A stretch of DNA of 61,831 nucleotides, filler included, from Sphacelaria rigidula (Eukaryota): the NCBI GenBank assembly GCA_964200075.2. It is 8 parts of 8 records of this genome, joined end to end, with 100 filler letters (N's around TTAATTAATTAA, not from the genome) between each part and the next. Parts side by side here need not be neighbours in the genome. Positions count along the whole stretch, not along the records: positions 1 to 7,642 come from CAXNAA020013967.1; positions 7,743 to 15,384 come from CAXNAA020013968.1; 6 more parts are not named here. One strand, given 5' to 3'. Positions 1 through 11,040 of this stretch are shown in pieces. A program made the position numbers and the translations under genes. The stretch's first letter is position 1. Each line of letters starts with the position of its first letter. The notes under the pieces were generated by a model. That model was given only the letters and a program-made list of their open reading frames with translations, was not told the origin of the DNA and did no database searches.

Positions 1-1090
1 GCTATCGTAGAAGGTGTCGAGTGGATGCTCTAGCGTTCCTAACAGGCAACCCTTTTTTTTTGCTTGAGTACACACGTCCTGGGCATGCAGCTACCGTACA
101 GTACCTCATTCGAGGAATTCGGCGGTCTGGTTGGTGAGATACCGCACAAAGCATTTTTACGCCTGGAGGGGGTATTTCGGTGTGATGGTAAATGACTGTG
201 TCTGAATTAAAAGCAGTTTGGGATTTGCGGATCCCCAGAAACGACCGACGGGTATGGAAAGATTCTAGTCGAATGTGTGTTGTGGTGAGGTAGGATTTGG
301 ATTGTTGACGCAGCTGATTGAAGGTAGATAGATTGTACCCGATTAGCTGCGTGTACCTGCTGCTACTACAGCGTTGTTTGGCAAAAGGCACAGCACGTCA
401 CGGTGATTTTGTATTATGACGAGGTTGTAAGCGGGGCAGACGTACGTACCGATAGAACAGCTGCCCCCAGCTGTTCTACCCACCTGTCTTCACTCGACAC
501 ACCGACCGGCCTCAAGCACCTATTGGATAAAGTAGAGCTTTTTAACCGTCATCCACCACCTTCGGTCTCTCTGCCCTCACGGTCGCGAGCCACAGCAGTT
601 GACGTGAGGCTCTTGCTGTGCTGTACTTCTACCTTCACCCACGATTTATATTGTATTCTGGCTCCGGGGCTGTGTGGTTTTCCCATTTGACAGCTGGGCT
701 ATTGTATTGAGGGATTGAAACGGCAGTTTGAGTGTAGCAAGTCAATCCAGGACCGCTTGCCAGAACCTCACAAGGGTGTGGCTTGCTTGCGTTCGGCGTA
801 TACGGTTTCACTGCTCGCGGTACTGCCGATACCGCCACATCGGCCTGAAACTGTTTCAGGCACTAATCGGTTTTCCTGAAAGAGGGAATATTTTGTTGCA
901 ATGGAGTGACTACGTCGTTGCGGTCAAGTGATGTGTCACATTGATCGTGTAGGTGACAGTTTTCATTGAAGCCACCGCTTCACCAGCTGGGCGCATTACT
1001 CCTCGAATTGTGGCTATGTTGAAATTGACGGGAAAGTCCATTGTTTCGGGTCTCACTCTGAATCCGATGTTACACTCTGAATCTCACGAA

Positions 1091-1456
1091 TATAGTGTTA
1101 ACTCACCTGCCCAAGATATGCATCGATGAGTTATCTTTTTATAACTCCCCCGGCCAGAATATGCACCGCTGAGTTATAATTTATAACTCAACCGACCAAG
1201 ATATGCATCGATGAGCTATAGTTTATAACTCATCCGACCGGAATGTGCATAACTGAGTCATAGTGTATTACTCACCTGACCCAGACATGCATAACTGAGT
1301 TACAGTTTATAACTGACCCGGCCAGAATGTGCATAACTGAGTTATAGTTTACAACTCACTTGGTCAGATTTTGCATCGCTGAGGGATGCTGTACAACTCA
1401 CCCGGCCAAAAATGGGCACCGCTAAGTGATGCTGCTATAACTTACCGGCGAGTTAT
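1091..1456. repeat. 42-bp palindromic minisatellite (8 full units plus a partial one)
   Basis: An AACTC-like anchor recurs at 1100, 1143, 1185, 1227, 1269, 1311, 1353, 1395 and 1439. Unit = TATAACTCA + 21-nt core (CCCGGCCAGAATATGCATCGC-like) + TGAGTTATA + GTT. Confidence 0.9.
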
Positions 1457-2236
1457 GTTAAAAAGAGTTAACTCGTGGTAACCTGAGTTGAGTTATCCGA
1501 CGTCTGAAAAGGTATTTTGGCACTTACGTGACTGCGAAGGTCTTAAGGGAAGATATGAAGTGCACAAGCAGAAAGTTTCACCTGTTCAGAGATACCTGTG
1601 TCTTTAGTACCAGCTAGATATTTGCCGGAATATAGCTGCGTGGGGTCTAAGATCGTCAGGAATAACGCGGCGTCTTCAAATACATCATGGTTTTACGTCA
1701 ACAGGGTGGGGGCAGCAGGGCTTTTGTTGCAAAATGCTAAATGTGACGTTGTAATACTCAAATGGGGGAGGCTTCACACTCAGTACGATTATCCTACCAG
1801 CGACCACAAATGTTCTAAGAATTTTCACGTCACGAAAGGAACACCCTCCATCGACGGCCTGCGCAAGCCGCATACGAGACCTACGTTAATACACTGCCCC
1901 TCCCTCTCACCTTTGCCCCGTGATGGATGGCGTAAAGATAGCCCACGTTCTTCCGGCCGAAGTGGTTCCACGGTAGCAGGCGTACGATCCGATACGGGAG
2001 TGCCTGTTGATCCGCCGGAGTGAGATAGATAACCCCCTTCAAGCCGTACTCAACAGGACCTGGGAGGCAAAACAAATAGGAATATTTGTGTTTCTCGTCC
2101 TTGACACTCCACGCATGCGTCGACCAGGGTAGCTTCACAATCAGAAACGTGACATGTTTCTCTTTTGTTGTACCAGCGAAATATCTTGAAGCTCGTATCA
2201 CACGTTGCGATATTTAGGGTGGTGGGTATAACGTTT

Positions 2237-2790
2237 CCAAGGGCAGGTCGAGTGGAGTATGTACTTTTGAGTACTCGAGTAAAGTACCCGAGTATTTACT
2301 CTACTCGAATTTCGAGCGGATCGAGTTCGGCCTCAAATTCTCCACTCAATTTCTGAGTGGATTGAGTACGGCCTCAAATGCCCTACTCGAAAATGAGTAG
2401 ATTAAGTACTTCCTCCAATGCTTTACTCAAATATTGAGTGAGCACTCTCAGTAAGACTTGAGTATTTAGTATCACTTGGGCATGACCTCAGTACTCATCT
2501 CATTTGTTGTGTACATTGAGTATGGCCTCAAGAACTCTACTCACATTTTGGGTAGATTGAATACTGTCTAAAATACCCTACTTGAAAATAGTGATCGAGT
2601 GCGACTTCCAATACTCTACTCAAATATTGTGTAAGCACACTCAGTAATACTTGGGCATGGAGTATCACTCGGGTATGACGGCCAATACTCTACTCAACGT
2701 TTGAGTAGATGAAGTACGACCTCCAATACTCAAATATTCAATAAGCACTCTCAGTAATAGTTGAATATAAAGTATCACTCGGGTATGATG
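2237..2790. repeat. Complex TACTC/GAGTA-motif repeat, probable DNA-transposon terminal/subterminal region
   Basis: Dense inverted and direct ACTCTACTC/GAGTA motifs, plus three copies of TACTCAAATATT...GCACTCTCAGTAA...AGTATCACTCGGGTATGA. Shares TACCCGAGTATTTAC(T/C)CTACTC with the MITE at 28860-29099. Confidence 0.7.
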
Positions 2791-2976
2791 AGAAACCGTG
2801 ATCGTCGGCGACTTCGTGACGTCACCTCACAGATTATGTTGAATATATGGGAGAACAATAGAACGATGGCCATCAATGAGATGAGTGGCGTTACGTCTGT
2901 GACGCCGGCCAGAAGAAAAACTGCTGAATCACTGCTGTTCGACGGACCCCGCAGGCGCACTGGCCTCAGTTTCAGT

Positions 2977-3165
2977 TGTCAGCCTTTACAACATTCATTG
3001 CCCGGAGTACCGTTGCAGGCACAGCCTCATAGATCCGTCAGGGTATCATCCCCGTGTCCCCTGTCATTGTTCAGAATGCTTCTTTAATCCTCCAGAATCC
3101 CCGTGTCCCCGGTCCTTATCCAGATCATCACTACCAACTCAACGTAACGGCATAATTTCGTCACA
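2977..3165 (-). repeat. Probable 3' LTR of the Ty3/gypsy element
   Basis: The minus strand reads TGTGAC...CTGACA (TG...CA). It is preceded by CGCTTCGGGGGTGC, matching the PPT (CGCTTTGGGGGTGA) of the related element at 35951-35964. The partner LTR lies beyond the contig end. Confidence 0.65.
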
Positions 3166-3239
3166 GCACCCCCGAAGCGCGTTGGACGAAAAACGAGCAA
3201 CGAGCTTGACACATAGAAAATGCCAAAACGGAGAGAACG

Positions 3240-4550
3240 TCACAACTGAATACCAAACGCACGCGTAATGCGAGCAGAAACGGCACGGGTCACGCGCAAT
3301 TTACGCAACTCCTTCGTGAGAAATTCCTGAGCGGCCTCAACCCAGTCGACCAACATGATCCGGTTGTCTACTTCTGCCACTTGGACTATACCAGCCATCT
3401 GAAATTGATCCTGTTTGAAAGCGTGAGAGTCTGCATAAAAACGCAAATGAGCTACATTGGTGATCTGAACACGACCCGAAACAATGTTCTGAACTCAAAC
3501 ACGTGCGGATGATGAGCACCAACCACTCTCCACGGACCAGTCGACGTCGCCATCAACTTGGGCGTAACACAGTCGCCTACCTCAAAATTTGGCAATTCCA
3601 GTCCCGACGAGGAACCCTCACGTCTACGCGCACGTTCAGCGGCAACACGCTCCTGCACTTGAACACGGAAACCTTCTTGCAAGTCCAAGACTCCTTGCAA
3701 TGCACGCTTAATTTGACCATCATCCAAGACATCACATTTCCATTCCCCCGCAGACGAAGACGCGAACACCGAGAAAGACGTCCGAGAAGCACGACCAAAC
3801 ATTACGTGGTACGGCGTACTATCTTAACGACGACGATACGCTGTATTGAGCGCCCATTGCACCGCTGGCAACACGTCCACCCACTCGGAAACCGATCCAC
3901 GCTGCTCGAGGAGAATGGAGCGCGAAGAGCACGAGCTACTTGCTCGACCATTCGTTCGCACGTGCCGTTAGACCACGGAGAAGACGCCCCCACAAACTGG
4001 TGTTCACTGTGCAAAGCCTCTCGCAATCGGGCCAAGATCGCATCCTTGAAATGCGTGGTGGTGTCACTCACCCACACACGCGGCACACCTAAAGTTTTAC
4101 ACCAATTTAGCAAAGATGCAGCAGCCAATTCAGCTGTACCCACTGCTACTGGAGAGACACGGAGTTGCTCAAATCATTCATGATTACCACAATGTATAGA
4201 AACCCAGTAACCTCCGACAAACCTTGGGAAGCTAGCGGGCCACTCTCGCCCACGTTCAAGGGGTCAACATGAGTGACTTCAAGCTGCATGGTCGCATGAA
4301 CCGTTTCGCCGAGCGGGCGGGGAACAACATCGCCCACCTTCGCGTCAACACAGTCAAGACGCTGGTGGACAAATCCGCGCTCATGAGTTTCCATCCCCTG
4401 CCAAACACAAGCTCTTGCAAGCGCACGAGCGTCGCAACCACACCACGATGCCCGGCGCCGCGCATGTGCGCGCAAATCATCAGACGTACTTGCAACTGCT
4501 TGTCAAACTCGTAACCCACGAAACGTTTCTGCCACGCACATGCACACAAA
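3240..4550 (-). pseudogene. Integrase remnant with partial C-terminal chromodomain region
   Basis: HHCC-type HMRGAGHRG...LDC, LGVPRVWVSD, SPWSNGTCERM, FEVGD...GPWRVV and MRFYAD...MLVDW. Confidence 0.82.
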
Positions 4551-5235
4551 ACAGACCTTCATTGTCCAAGACAGCAGTACCGACGTCCCGACTCGAACGA
4601 CTGCACATCCGCACCTTCGGCCCCAAGAGCCTTCCGTTGCGCTGGGCCGACGAGAGATTTGGACAGAATCGAGTCTTCAGGTTCACACGGACCATACACA
4701 GCCACCGCGCGCACAGGCAAAGCCGGAATTTTCACCCAGCGCAAAAGCAAGTCACCCCACGCGTTACGGTCAACCGAAATGTTGCAAATCGAGTAATGAT
4801 ACTGGCAAAGAACACGTTTCCAAACCTCCAAACGTTGTGCCAACGCCTTCGACACAGACGTAGCGCACCGTTCCGAGTTGGAAATATACACGAAATTTCG
4901 GTGACCCATGAAAATGTGAACGCTATCCCACAAAATATGTTCCATTCGACGAAAGGTGCTCACGATAGCAAATCTTCCTCGTCATTTGTGACCCAACGCA
5001 ACTGCGAACCGTTGAATCTACCACTGACGAAAGCCAGAGGTTCATGCGTCATATGCTCGACCGAAAAGCGTCGTTGCATTTCAACTGCAGGGACCTGCGT
5101 GACAAACCTGCTCCAGTGGCACTAAGAAGCGTCCGGCACCATCAACACCTGGCGAATAGGACGAAGACGGAAAAGCGTCACGGCATGAAGCTCCAGATCC
5201 TTCGCTGCCGCCCACGCCTGCAGCCTGCCCTCCGT

Positions 5236-6150
5236 TCACGATGTAGGCGGAATAGCGCGGCGTTTTGCCACACGCTTCGTCCGCCTTGCAGCACCCGCCG
5301 TGAAATCTTCGAGGAACACACGTAATGGAGCTACGATTTCTGCCATACGCCGCAACGAGATACACAGCCAAATCACGGCCTGGTGGAATTGCATGAGTTT
5401 TGCGGCCGTCTCCGGGCGCAGCATGTCAGACAAGCCTCACAATCTGCCAGGGTCATGAGATACGCATCCGCGTGAGTAAACGTTCTCGCATCACACGAGT
5501 TCACTAGCGAAAACGATACACTTGTGCGCAGCCGCAAACAAACCAACGCTCTCTGAACGAGCCAAGACAGCATCAAGCGTGTCTAAAAGCTCGAGTTCCG
5601 TGTCCGCGAAAAAAAAGCATCATCCACCCATACCTTGTATTTCAAGTCGACGAGAAATTCTACGATGATACCATGAAAATATGCCGTGGTATTCAGCACG
5701 CCTTGCGGGACTCGCTTCGGGATAAATAAGCCAAACGGAGTCGTGATGGTGAAAATCTGCTGCGCCTCCTCCGCCAACGGCATTTGCCAGTAACCTTGGA
5801 AGAGGTCCAACTTGCCAAAAAACAAACACTCCACAAATCACGCTTGCCCGACTCTTGTTTGGGCATCACACCCGATGACTTCTCAACCTGTTCATTTACG
5901 GCCTTGTAGTCGCTTTCCAGGCGGAACGAGTTCTTATTCGGAACCGTCATAGCCGGACTGGACCACATCACCTGCACGTTCCGGAACACCAACCCGAGCG
6001 CAAAACAAGCCGCCATTCACGACGCCAACCATCTCGACCTCACCGGATCGTAACGCCGCCGCTTCGTTTTTACCGCGGACGCCCCAGGTTTTAGCTGAAC
6101 ACGCATGGACTCCACTCGCGCAGGAGGATCACCCGCAGCGCACGACGAAA
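5236..6150 (-). pseudogene. Reverse transcriptase remnant of the gypsy pol
   Basis: DPPARVE, VMWSSPA, DYKAVNEQ, FFGKLDLFQGYWQMPL, TPFGLFIPKRVPQG and KVWVDD lie in shifting frames. Confidence 0.88.
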
Positions 6151-7096
6151 CGCGTTGACGCGGCGATGCAAGATACCGCACAGGCGCTCCGCTTTTGAGA
6201 CGCTGAGGCCTTTCGCTACAGCATCTACCACGCTCATCTCCAGCGCGACCTTCCGGGCGGACTCCTATTCCGCCGGATCCATGAAAATCTCTGAGCCGCG
6301 CTGTACCAAGCGTGCCACCGCCTCATCCCGCTACTCGTTCACCTGCCCCCCAGCCTCCAGAAAAGCATCCACCGACAAGCTTACGCGACGGCTGCTCCAA
6401 AATGGCGTCTCCACGCACGAACCAGGTGGAGACATCCGCGTCCTCATTGAGTCCCACAACCGCACATATGGGTCGAACACTGATCCTGAAGCGTCGGCAA
6501 CCCCAGAAACATGACGCCATCCGACCCCAGCATGATCGCACACGAGATCGGAGGCAACGGCGCCGGCCCCCAGGAAGTCGTGAAAGCCAGCTGCAGCGGA
6601 AGAGTACGCTCCGTGACGGAAACATGCTGACCCGACGCGGGGACGGCCTGCCGTGCCCCGAGCGAAAACGGAAGGCGCACCGGCACACCCGGGAGAAGAC
6701 GCTCCAACATCTCAACAATCTGCACCGACAGACTCGTGAAGTGGGCGACAGAATCCGACACAGCCCGAACCACAATGGCTCCACGCTCCCGTTGATTTGG
6801 AAGGCACAGCTCCGCAGGGACGTACTTGTCCGCAAACTCCACTGGCACTTCATCCACCGACCGATGCGCCGCTAATCCCACATTACCCCACGGCTGCGCA
6901 GGCTGCGCAGGCGAAGACTCCCCGGCAGGTGCAAACGGCGACGCCGGCGGGTACGACCCCCAGCAAGCAGACCAAGAATTTGCCGAACCTCCGACGAGCG
7001 CATCATCAGGCGTCGCGCCTGGCGCTGCTGCCGGCGTTGCCACTGGCGCCACGACCGGCGCCGGCACAGAGAACCAGACTCATGTTGGCGCCGGTG

Positions 7097-7138
<42 letters not shown>

Positions 7139-7642
7139 CTGCTGAGAACTCGACTGCGACCCTCCACCGCCGGAGGATCCGCCGCCGCCACCACCCCGAT
7201 CACCTTGTCCTTTGCTTTGTGCTGATGATGCTGATGGCGCGTGGCATGACGCTACCCAGACTCCCCACCGAAAGACGTTGGGCAATCGCGCGTAATGGCC
7301 GACCTGGCCACAGCGGTGGCAAGTGATGGTAGCGGCGCGGCCGACCAATTTCATGCCGTGGTAGCACGAAGCCTTCGGCGAAGAGCTAGATGACTGGCTG
7401 AACACCTCTATCTCCCGCCACTCCTTGGCCTTAGCCACGACGGGGTCCATCACCAGGTAGGGGTCGGCCTTCCACTTGGTCTCGTGCTGCAACTTGACGA
7501 GTACGGCTTGCTTAAATTTTGCCGGCGCCAACCCCTACACCAAAGCCTTGATGATTACTGCCGCCGGGCCGGGAATAAACTCATCATCGATGGAACGATA
7601 TACCAGTTCAACGTTCGGATTTCCCTTGAAGTACTTCTCCAG

Positions 7643-7742
7643 NNNNNNNNNNNNNNNNNNNNNNNNNNNNNNNNNNNNNNNNNNNNTTAATTAATTAANN
7701 NNNNNNNNNNNNNNNNNNNNNNNNNNNNNNNNNNNNNNNNNN
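7643..7742. other. Artificial contig spacer
   Basis: N run with a central TTAATTAATTAA six-frame stop linker. Confidence 0.99.
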
Positions 7743-7806
7743 CTTTGTAGGGATGCGAGGTCAATGGTCTGATGACTATGGCATGCATGATCATGAGTAC
7801 ACCCCA
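7743..7806 (+). mobile_element. LINE 3'-end fragment (subfamily B)
   Basis: GCGAGGTCAATGGTCTGATGACTATGGCATGCATGATCATGAGTACACCCC. A near-identical copy is at 8235-8287 and a reverse copy at ~53950-53998. Homologous to the LINE 3' end at 54820-54878. Confidence 0.65.
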
Positions 7807-8234
7807 CCGTGTGCGCGCAAACACACCGGAACACGCAGGCGTCCGGAATGAACGGAACAAGAACACACACGCATGCGCGGTTTGGCAGGCGCCGATTCAA
7901 CCCCAAACAACGCATAATTTGTCCAGGGCGTTATATGCATATTCTTGTCCAAGGGTTCTCTGACTGCCTGGGGTTGCGATCGGCGTGACGATCGGCGTTA
8001 GCGTTTGACAACAAAAAACAGCACGATGACATATATGCGTGCATCATCGAACTTCGTGCCGAATTGACGGGGAAAAAAAAAAAACATCATTGTCTGTACG
8101 TTACCTTAGTTTAGTATTATTATTTTCCATCATTTTTGTCATCATTCGTGTTACTTTGATCGGGACCGGTTATTCGTGTTCTCTTTCTCCTTTCCTTTTT
8201 TCCCAGTTTTCCCTTGTATTCCCCTCCCTCTGTT

Positions 8235-8287
8235 TGCGAGGTCAATGGTCTTATGACTATGGCATGCATGATCATGAGTACACCCCT
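8235..8287 (+). mobile_element. LINE 3'-end fragment (subfamily B)
   Basis: Second copy of the 7753-7805 sequence. Confidence 0.65.
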
Positions 8288-8353
8288 GTTTCGCCCGTTA
8301 CTCGTTTTGCTCATCACCCTTTTCTCCCTCCAGTTTCCTCCTGTCTGACGTCG

Positions 8354-8822
8354 CTTCTTATAGACTGAAAACAAATCTGTCTGAGAACTGCCCTTTTGAA
8401 CCTTTCATCAAGGATTATTGGCGGAATACGGGCATTGGCGGATTTGGCATCCTCGGAAACATTTGCTGTATGTTTTACGAGGATTCCAGCACGCTTATCC
8501 GATACTTCGTACTCCCAGTTTTACTCTTGGCCGGATTTTGCATTTTTTCAGTCACCCGAAAAAACTTCGAGTTGTCGGCAAAAAGTACGTATTTTCCCCG
8601 ACAACAGGACGATTTTCGCGGCGACTGAAAAAATCCAGAATCCGGCCGAGAGTAAAACTGGGAGTGCGGAAGATCGGACAAGCGCGCTGGAATCCTCGTG
8701 AAAAATAGAGCAAATGTTTCCGAGGGGGCCAAATCCGCCAAGGCCCGTATTCCGCCAAAAATCCGAGGTGAAAAGTTCGAAAGGGCAGCTCTCAGAGAGA
8801 TTTTTTTTCAGTCTAGAAGAAG
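8354..8822. mobile_element. Foldback/MITE element (whole-length imperfect palindrome, ~470 bp)
   Basis: The left arm CTTCTTATAGACTGAAAA... mirrors the right arm ...TTTTCAGTCTAGAAGAAG, with symmetry centre TACGTA at 8586-8591. Mirrored ORFs appear on both strands in the ORF track. Confidence 0.9.
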
Positions 8823-8907
8823 TAGCCTGAATTCCTTCGTCTTCTCCCTTTCTCGAGCGCCATGTTCAGCTAGCGAATGCTTCCGTTTTGATTATACCTT
8901 GGGTACA

Positions 8908-9517
8908 CTTCCTCTCTCTCATAAGTCTGGGCACTCATGGTCGTACGAGCCCTTAACGGTGTGATATTTGATTTTCGATCCTTTTATTGCACTCGTCGGC
9001 GTTTCTTGAGCTAAAACCAACATCCTTCCTACAACGTGGGTGCTTGACCCATGCAGCTGTGCGGCCGAAAAAAAGCAGGTCGGTCCAAAAACGGCCAATT
9101 TTCGCTCGTTTTCCCAGGAAGGCATGAGAGACCCGGGAACACGAAAAATCGCGAAAAATTGGCCAGAAAATGTGAAAATCGCGGAACCACCATTGATTTT
9201 GGACATGTCCGTGATGTTAACCTACGCACGCCCCATCCACCATTTTGTTAGCATGTAATTGCTAGTGCTCGACCTGAAAACGTCCAAAATCGGTCAGTGA
9301 TGGGGGGTATAAATGGATCAAAAGGGTTCAAAATGGGGCTTATTCTGACATGTTTTTGGTGATGAAAATAAGTTTTTTTCTTCTTCATTTTTTCTTCTTC
9401 ATCAGCTTCGACTGCGCTTTACCGCTCTAACGAACCCAACCATAGAATGATCGTCAACGTTGAAATACCCAAACGATGAAACGCCCATGAGTGCCCCGAC
9501 TTATGAGACAGAGGAAG
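8908..9517. mobile_element. Non-autonomous Tc1/mariner-type (Stowaway-like) element
   Basis: ~37-bp TIRs: CTTCCTCTCTCTCATAAGTCTGGGCACTCATGGTCGT versus the reverse complement of ACGCCCATGAGTGCCCCGACTTATGAGACAGAGGAAG. Flanked by CA and TA (degenerate TA TSD). No coding capacity. Confidence 0.8.
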
Positions 9518-9815
9518 TATCTGTCTTGCAACTACTGCTGCATCCCCCGGGGATCGGTTAACCCCTTTGAAACTCGCAAAAAATAGTACAAACTCTCATG
9601 TGCGAGCTTTCATTACCGGGGAAACGTCACTTCATGTTCGGTGCACGAATCTGTCACATTAGTGTGCTTGAACTCACTCAAGAGTAGTGCATTGTTTTGG
9701 TGGGCTGCATCATCAACACTTGCAGAAAAACAATCGTATCTTGCTCAACGAAACGTCAATTGTAAATCGTCATTTTTTTTCCCCATCAACGGTTCCAAAA
9801 GGATTATTATCAATA

Positions 9816-10132
9816 TTATTTTTTTCGCACTTTGAACCCCTCCCCTCCCTTGAGACGAATCCGTGGTCTCAAGGGACCATCCCATCTCTCCCCCGCCCGG
9901 TACACGCCTTGCATTTTGGTCTCGCGGATTGGGTCAGAGCACTCCCGTACCGCGGCAACTGGCGTAAAAAAAAACCAGTCGACTATTATACTTTGTTTAC
10001 TCCAGTTCTCACGCTTTCGACGGTGGAAACCATACATTACGAAGAAAAAATCCGATGCATCGGGAACCGAACGCTCGTTCTCTCCACCCTAATGGCGACA
10101 GTCGGACCATTGCACCACCGGGGCGCGACGGG
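9816..10132 (-). mobile_element. tRNA-derived SINE
   Basis: Head GCCCCGGTGGTGCAATGG (A box) ... GTTCGGTTCC (B box) with an A-rich 3' end. The body is homologous to 17412-17745. Confidence 0.75.
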
Positions 10133-11040
10133 AGATAACGTACCACAATCGATCAATCCATCAATCAGTCGAGCTGAGGATACTCTAGTGCTCTCAACAC
10201 TGGTGGTGTTCTACAGGGCGGGAGATGAAACCCTAAACCCAAACCAGCGCTAGTCCCCACGTCATGGCCCACGCCATATGCTTCTCCGTGATAGCGCTCA
10301 TGTATAGCAGAAGTCCCGGAAACACCGTGGTCTGCCTCTCATCTCGGTAGTGTGAGTGCTGAAACTACTGTTCGGAGCCTGCTACGTATGGTGTCTGTGC
10401 AACACTCTCAGCGAGGGCGCGCAAATCTTCTTGAAAATTGCACTATGATCATTTATGTCTCCACCCCTTGAAGACCATGACTCCTGGTAACCTCCCCCCC
10501 TAAAACTGTGAGACCCACAATGAGGTCCCCACGGATCTGACTCTCGCACATCTATTTAGCTATCTGAGTCACCCCGATTGTGCACAGATTTGGGTCTCTG
10601 CAGATTCGAGATTTGTCCTACAATAAGTGGTCTCACAATCTTTATTTACATCATTACTAAGAAGCAAATGGGGCCATTTCGGAGAAAAAAAGCCAGAGCA
10701 TAATATTTCAAACACGTTAACCATTTCGACGTCCCTCGGCCTACTGCGATTTTGAGCCCGGCCAGTGTTGTTGGAGAATGGCAACAACAGTATGAAGATT
10801 GCTGCGACCCTGTTGCTCGGAAAAGGAATCACGCGAAATCGTTCTAGCGCCCAGGTATGCCTCGTCTACAATATCTCCATCCTCCATGGGGCTGTCAGGG
10901 GCAGCAGCAGATCGCGGGCGCTCAAACAATTAACCCCGTGGTGTCGGCTACGGAGAGCTCGATTCAAGTCCACGTATGCAGATGTACTTCACCACACCTT
11001 TGCATATCGAGTTTTGTCAAACGAAGACCCCAAAAGCTTC

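Larger units (their letters stand above)
2977..7642 (-). mobile_element. Degenerate Ty3/gypsy (chromovirus-like) LTR retrotransposon, truncated by the contig end
   Basis: Domain order gag-PR-RT-RH-INT in broken ORFs. Zinc knuckle CHRCGQVGHYAR and polyQ (6872-7531). RT motifs KLDLFQGYWQMPL, VPQGVLN and WVDD (5583-5834). Integrase HMRGAGHRG, WVSD, PWSNGTCERM and GPWRVV (3452-4549). Many stops and frameshifts. Confidence 0.92.

Noticed and set aside
1091..1456. CRISPR array (palindromic repeat plus spacer look)
   Set aside because: The spacers are homologous to each other, there are no cas genes, and the context is eukaryotic.
6323..7326. Multiple long overlapping ORFs on both strands
   Set aside because: GC-rich gag/protease region of the decayed gypsy element; the alternative frames are shadows.
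7643..7742. Regularly spaced TTAATTAATTAA motif, ~7.74-kb periodicity and ORFs running into X
   Set aside because: These are artificial linkers between size-sorted contigs. Adjacency across them (for example kinase next to GTPase) has no biological meaning.
8396..8758. Paired similar ORFs on opposite strands
   Set aside because: A by-product of the foldback palindrome.
10741..10929. SUMO-like MEDGDIVD motif
   Set aside because: Only a few residues match. There is no di-Gly, no upstream ubiquitin fold and no convincing exon boundaries.
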